Assembly (NCBI GenBank): GCA_048571215.1
Contig: CP182352.1
Location: 1,312,001-1,376,000, forward strand
Source: Halarcobacter sp.
Lineage (GTDB): Bacteria; Campylobacterota; Campylobacteria; Campylobacterales; Arcobacteraceae
Direction of reading: 5' to 3'
DNA: 64,000 nucleotides
In this document: positions 59,937 to 64,000 of the stretch, piece by piece
How positions within the stretch are numbered: position 1 is the first letter of the stretch
Layout of the letters: each line of letters opens with the position of its first letter
Translations under genes and position numbers: made by a program
Notes under the pieces: model-generated
Databases searched by the model: none
The model's input: the letters and a program-made list of their open reading frames with translations, nothing else
What the model was told of the DNA's origin: nothing

Positions 59937-60651
59937 ACTTTTTTTCAAAAACCAATAAACTTTCTACAATATATTTGTAATTGTTTAAATCCTTACATAA
60001 AATAAAATATACTCTAGGGGAATACGGTTTATGTTTTATAGCTAGTACTTTAGAGTATTTAGTTTTAAACTGCTCTAATAAACACTTTATTTGTAAATCA
60101 TGGGCAAAACATCTATTTAGATGATGATATACTATTAAAGTGTTTGATTGCTTGTATAGAGCTTCTATTTCATCAATAAAGATATATTTACCACTATTTT
60201 TTCTTTTTTTAACTTGAGAGGAATCAAGAAGATTTAAATCTTTATTTTTTTTATCACATAAAAGGGCAATTCCATTATCTGAGTCAGTTAAAATAATATC
60301 ACTGTTTTTACTAAACTCTAAAGCTTTTGCAAACCACTTTTTTCTAAAATCAAGACAAGCATCATTTAGTAAATAATCATTGAAATATTTAATATTATTA
60401 AGAAGTTTTGTATCTTCTAAAGCTTTTACATTTCTATTTGAGTTTAGGATATTTCTAAAACTATTTTCTAAAAACTCATCAAAACCTTTAACTTTTTCAA
60501 AATAGTTTATATACATCCCGTCACTATTATGTGTTTCATCGGGATACATAAACCAAAGTTGAGTTAATCTGTAAGATGTTTTATTAAAAAGATATCTAAG
60601 AAGTTGAAACTTTCCAAAATCTCCAATATCTGCACTATATCTATTCTGCAA
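59908..60651 (-). CDS. Conserved hypothetical protein
   Basis: Long ORF with MQNRYSADIGDFGKF and DSDNG motifs; function not assigned. Confidence 0.7.
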   Translation of the reverse strand: MQNRYSADIGDFGKFQLLRYLFNKTSYRLTQLWFMYPDETHNSDGMYINYFEKVKGFDEFLENSFRNILNSNRNVKALEDTKLLNNIKYFNDYLLNDACLDFRKKWFAKALEFSKNSDIILTDSDNGIALLCDKKNKDLNLLDSSQVKKRKNSGKYIFIDEIEALYKQSNTLIVYHHLNRCFAHDLQIKCLLEQFKTKYSKVLAIKHKPYSPRVYFILCKDLNNYKYIVESLLVFEKKFSVHWMLFL

Positions 60652-63600
60652 TTATTCTTCTGCTTTTCTTAGGTATATTAGCCTATATACCATTGGTACA
60701 TAATATAAATTTAAAATAGTTGCCCAAAGAATACCAAAACCTAAAGCTATAGCCATAGGTTGCAAAATCAAAGCTTGTCCCGATGCAAAAAACATCAAGG
60801 TAAATAAACCTAAAATTGTAGTTGCTGAAGTTAATAGTATAGGTCTTAATCTCATTAGAGCATAGGTTTCCATCTCTTTTAAACTCTTAGCTTTTTTAAT
60901 AAAATCCATCATAATAATTCCATCATTTACAATTACCCCTGCTAATCCAACTATACCAATTAAACTTGGCATTGTAATATTTATTCCAACTATAAAATGT
61001 CCAACTAATACCCCAAGAATTGATAAAGGAACAGTTGAAAGGATAATTAAAGATTTCACTATAGAATCAAACATCCAAATAAGAGCAACAAATATCAAGA
61101 CTATGGCTATCAAGGCAGCTTCTGCCATCTCAGCTTGTACTCTTTTATTTTCCTCTTGCTCCCCTTTTACATCTATAGAAGTTCCATCTTTTTTTAGTTT
61201 TTCTAAAACTGGGTTTAGTTTTTCATAAATCTCAGCTGATGTTATTTTTGTAGCATTTGCCGTTATTGAAACTATTCTTTCCCCATTTTCTTTAAATATT
61301 TGCGATAATGCATTTTGCTTAACTATTGTTACCACATCTTTTAATAAAACTTTTTGCTTTGTTCCGGGAACTGTTAATTCAAAATAATCCAAAGAGCTTA
61401 ACTTATCTTTATCTTTACTTTGAAATACAACTTCTACAATTCCTATTTTGTCAAACATTTTAGAATAAGCACCTTTAAAATATAAGGGTCTAATACTAGA
61501 CACGATATAGTTTTCAGTAAAGCCTAATTCTTGACCATAAGAGTTTATTCTAAATTTAAGTTCAACATTACCAGCTAAAATATCATCAGAAATATCAGAA
61601 ACCCCTTTTATCTTAGCTAACTCTTTTTTTATAACCTTCACTGAACTATTTACTTTTTTAACATCTCCACGAATAGCCATTTCTATATCATTTTTGATTA
61701 GACCTGCCCCTGGAACATAAACTTTAAACTCTTCATAATCACCACTTGTTCTTAAACCTTTAAGCAATTTTTTTAATTCTATTTCAATCTCTTGTGCAGA
61801 TTTATGTCTTATCATATTTGTATCATCATATTTTGGTGATAAATATGGATTTATATATTTATCAAAAACATTTTGAGGTGCTCTTTCATATAGGTTTACA
61901 AAAATTTGGAAATAAAACTCCTCATTTTGAGGTAGATTTTTCCCATCTAACTTAATACCAATAACAGATGAAACTGATTTTATCTCTGTTTTAAAATCAT
62001 AACCTTTTAAAATCTTTTGCTCTATTTTCTCAACAAGTTTTTCAGTTTGTTCAATTTTTTTACCAACACCAACAGAACCATTTATATAAACTTGTGTTGA
62101 ATCAAAATCTGGAAAAAATTGAAATTTTGAGCTTTTTAACATCAAAAAACTTGAAGCTAAAATAAATATAATCATAATAGATAAGGATATAAACCTCCCT
62201 TTTAATAAAAAATCTAAAACCTTCTTATATATTTTTTTATTTATTTCCCAAATTTTATCGCCATGTTTCTCTTTTGTATGTACATCAAATATCTGTTTTG
62301 CATGTAAAGGCAAGAAGAAAAAAGCTTCAAGTAAAGAGGATAAGAGTAAAATTGTAATCATAATTGGCAAAATCTTTATAAATTTGCCAACTTCACCTGT
62401 CATAAGCAAAATTGGTAAAAACGCAAAAATAGTTGTTGCAGTTGCGGTTAAAACAGCAGGATAAACTTCAACAGCCCCATCAATTGCTGCTGTAAATTTA
62501 TCTTTTCCCATCTCCATATGCCTATAAATATTTTCACCAACTACAATAGCCTCATCAACAAGCATTCCAAGTGCAATTAATGCCCCAAGAAGGGAAAGCA
62601 TATTTAAACTATATCCTAACACTTCTGCACAAATAAGTCCTATCATAAAAGAAGTTGGAATTCCTATGGCTATAACTGTTGCAATTCTTATATTTATAAA
62701 GAAAAATAAAGCTATAAAAAGTAAACACAAGCCAAATAAAATATTTGAAACAACCGTATTAAGTCTGTTTTTAATCCAAACTGAGGTATCAGTATGGGTA
62801 TCAAACTCTAAATTTGGATAGATTTTTTTATAATCTTTTAGTTTTTCTTGTATTTGTTTTACAAGCTTTATCGCATCTCCACTTTCCCCTTTGTTTATAC
62901 CAATTGAAACATCCCTATTTCCATTGAAGTGGGAGATGTTATTTACATCAGCCAATTTATATTGAATACTTGCAATATTTTTTAAATAGATTTTTTGATT
63001 TGAGATTTTTAAAATAGTGTTTTCGATTTTTGAAATATCTTTTTCACCATTGTATGTACTTAGATAATAGTGTCTTGTTTTATCTTTTATAATTCCAGCT
63101 GGGAAAATAGATGTTAAACTTTGTACAGTTGAAATAACATCTTGAAGATTTAAACCATAAGCTAGGATCTTTTGTTCATCAAACTTAATAAGTAATTCTA
63201 AGTCACTATCACCCCAAATAGATAAAGAACTTAAATCCTTAAATTGTGAAAGGTCAGATTTAAGCTTTTTTGCAACATCTAAAAGTTTTCTTTTATCATT
63301 ATCTCCATATAAAACTACAGTTATTAAAGGTATCTCACCTATCACTTCTTTTACTATAGGTTCATCCATATCAGAGGGTAGATTTACTTTTGTTTTTGTA
63401 ATAACATCTTTTACATCATCTATAACATCTTTTGCTTCTACACCCTGTTTTAACTTTACATTTATGGAAAAAAATCCATTTTTTATAATAGATGTTATAT
63501 CTCCTGCTTCTTCTATAGATGTTAATTCATCTTCTATATCTTCAACTGCTATTTTATCAAGTAAATCAGAACTTGCACCTGCATAGGTTCCTGTAATTGA

Positions 63601-63741
63601 TATGGCATCAAGTGATGAGGGTGGGAATATCTCTTTTGGTATCTTATAATATGCCAATATGGCTAAAATTAAAAGAAAAAAAAGTAAAAAGTGGTTTAAT
63701 ATTGGTTTGTTAAGACCAAACTCAATTATTTTTTTTATCAT
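60652..63741 (-). CDS. RND efflux permease (AcrB/AcrD/AcrF family)
   Basis: NMLSL, GMLVDEAIVVGENI, RLRPILLTS, 12-TM two-repeat layout. Confidence 0.95.
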   Translation of the reverse strand: MIKKIIEFGLNKPILNHFLLFFLLILAILAYYKIPKEIFPPSSLDAISITGTYAGASSDLLDKIAVEDIEDELTSIEEAGDITSIIKNGFFSINVKLKQGVEAKDVIDDVKDVITKTKVNLPSDMDEPIVKEVIGEIPLITVVLYGDNDKRKLLDVAKKLKSDLSQFKDLSSLSIWGDSDLELLIKFDEQKILAYGLNLQDVISTVQSLTSIFPAGIIKDKTRHYYLSTYNGEKDISKIENTILKISNQKIYLKNIASIQYKLADVNNISHFNGNRDVSIGINKGESGDAIKLVKQIQEKLKDYKKIYPNLEFDTHTDTSVWIKNRLNTVVSNILFGLCLLFIALFFFINIRIATVIAIGIPTSFMIGLICAEVLGYSLNMLSLLGALIALGMLVDEAIVVGENIYRHMEMGKDKFTAAIDGAVEVYPAVLTATATTIFAFLPILLMTGEVGKFIKILPIMITILLLSSLLEAFFFLPLHAKQIFDVHTKEKHGDKIWEINKKIYKKVLDFLLKGRFISLSIMIIFILASSFLMLKSSKFQFFPDFDSTQVYINGSVGVGKKIEQTEKLVEKIEQKILKGYDFKTEIKSVSSVIGIKLDGKNLPQNEEFYFQIFVNLYERAPQNVFDKYINPYLSPKYDDTNMIRHKSAQEIEIELKKLLKGLRTSGDYEEFKVYVPGAGLIKNDIEMAIRGDVKKVNSSVKVIKKELAKIKGVSDISDDILAGNVELKFRINSYGQELGFTENYIVSSIRPLYFKGAYSKMFDKIGIVEVVFQSKDKDKLSSLDYFELTVPGTKQKVLLKDVVTIVKQNALSQIFKENGERIVSITANATKITSAEIYEKLNPVLEKLKKDGTSIDVKGEQEENKRVQAEMAEAALIAIVLIFVALIWMFDSIVKSLIILSTVPLSILGVLVGHFIVGINITMPSLIGIVGLAGVIVNDGIIMMDFIKKAKSLKEMETYALMRLRPILLTSATTILGLFTLMFFASGQALILQPMAIALGFGILWATILNLYYVPMVYRLIYLRKAEE

Positions 63742-63991
63742 TGGCTACTTCTATTGAATATATCATTAATGAATCTTCGATCTGATTTTTAAATTTCATA
63801 TCTTCTAATTGTTGAGATAAAAACTTATTTTCCTCTTTTATAGATATATAATGGGCATAAAGTTTATTTATATCTTTACTCACATAATAAATATTATTTT
63901 GTAAATATATTTTTGGAAAAAATAGTATTAATGCACCAATTAAAATACTTAAAACAATAATTAAAGAGTTTTTAGAATTTAACTTAATCAA
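63722..63991 (-). CDS. Small bitopic coiled-coil protein, possibly FtsL-like
   Basis: One TM, then PKIYLQNNIYY and a coiled coil (IKEENKFL). Confidence 0.55.
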   Translation of the reverse strand: MIKLNSKNSLIIVLSILIGALILFFPKIYLQNNIYYVSKDINKLYAHYISIKEENKFLSQQLEDMKFKNQIEDSLMIYSIEVANDKKNN

Positions 63992-64000
63992 ATTTAAATA

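Overview
An AT-rich bacterial chromosomal window. Gene content and order (UPF0323 lipoprotein-gsp, lpxK-degT-nadE, tatBC-queA, cytochrome c553, FtsL-like-RND) point to Campylobacterota, probably Arcobacteraceae; this is an inference. The first ~18 kb is a tightly packed, all minus-strand defence-island-like operon. In transcription order it reads: sbcD, sbcC, [AvcD-type dCTP deaminase + P-loop nucleotide kinase + B12-binding radical SAM], Hachiman hamA-hamB, DUF2779 nuclease, a ~1625-aa exonuclease-RecQ-UvrD fusion, and a WYL regulator cut off by the window edge. Two cargo junctions carry relic 3' gene tails (a duplicated DUF2779 tail and a frameshifted foreign sbcC tail), which suggests cassette exchange. 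The best candidate for an undescribed system is the translationally coupled deaminase-kinase-radical SAM triplet. The rest is mostly core or metabolic genes. Notable items there are two helicases that appear to need ATC starts, an mltC with an in-frame stop, ovoA, a glutamate-mutase (S/E/L) plus adenylation-enzyme operon, an ASCH-like-GGDEF fusion and an unannotated 27-aa membrane peptide. I saw no rRNA, tRNA, CRISPR array, transposase or integrase. All family calls come from motif recognition by eye; no database searches were run.
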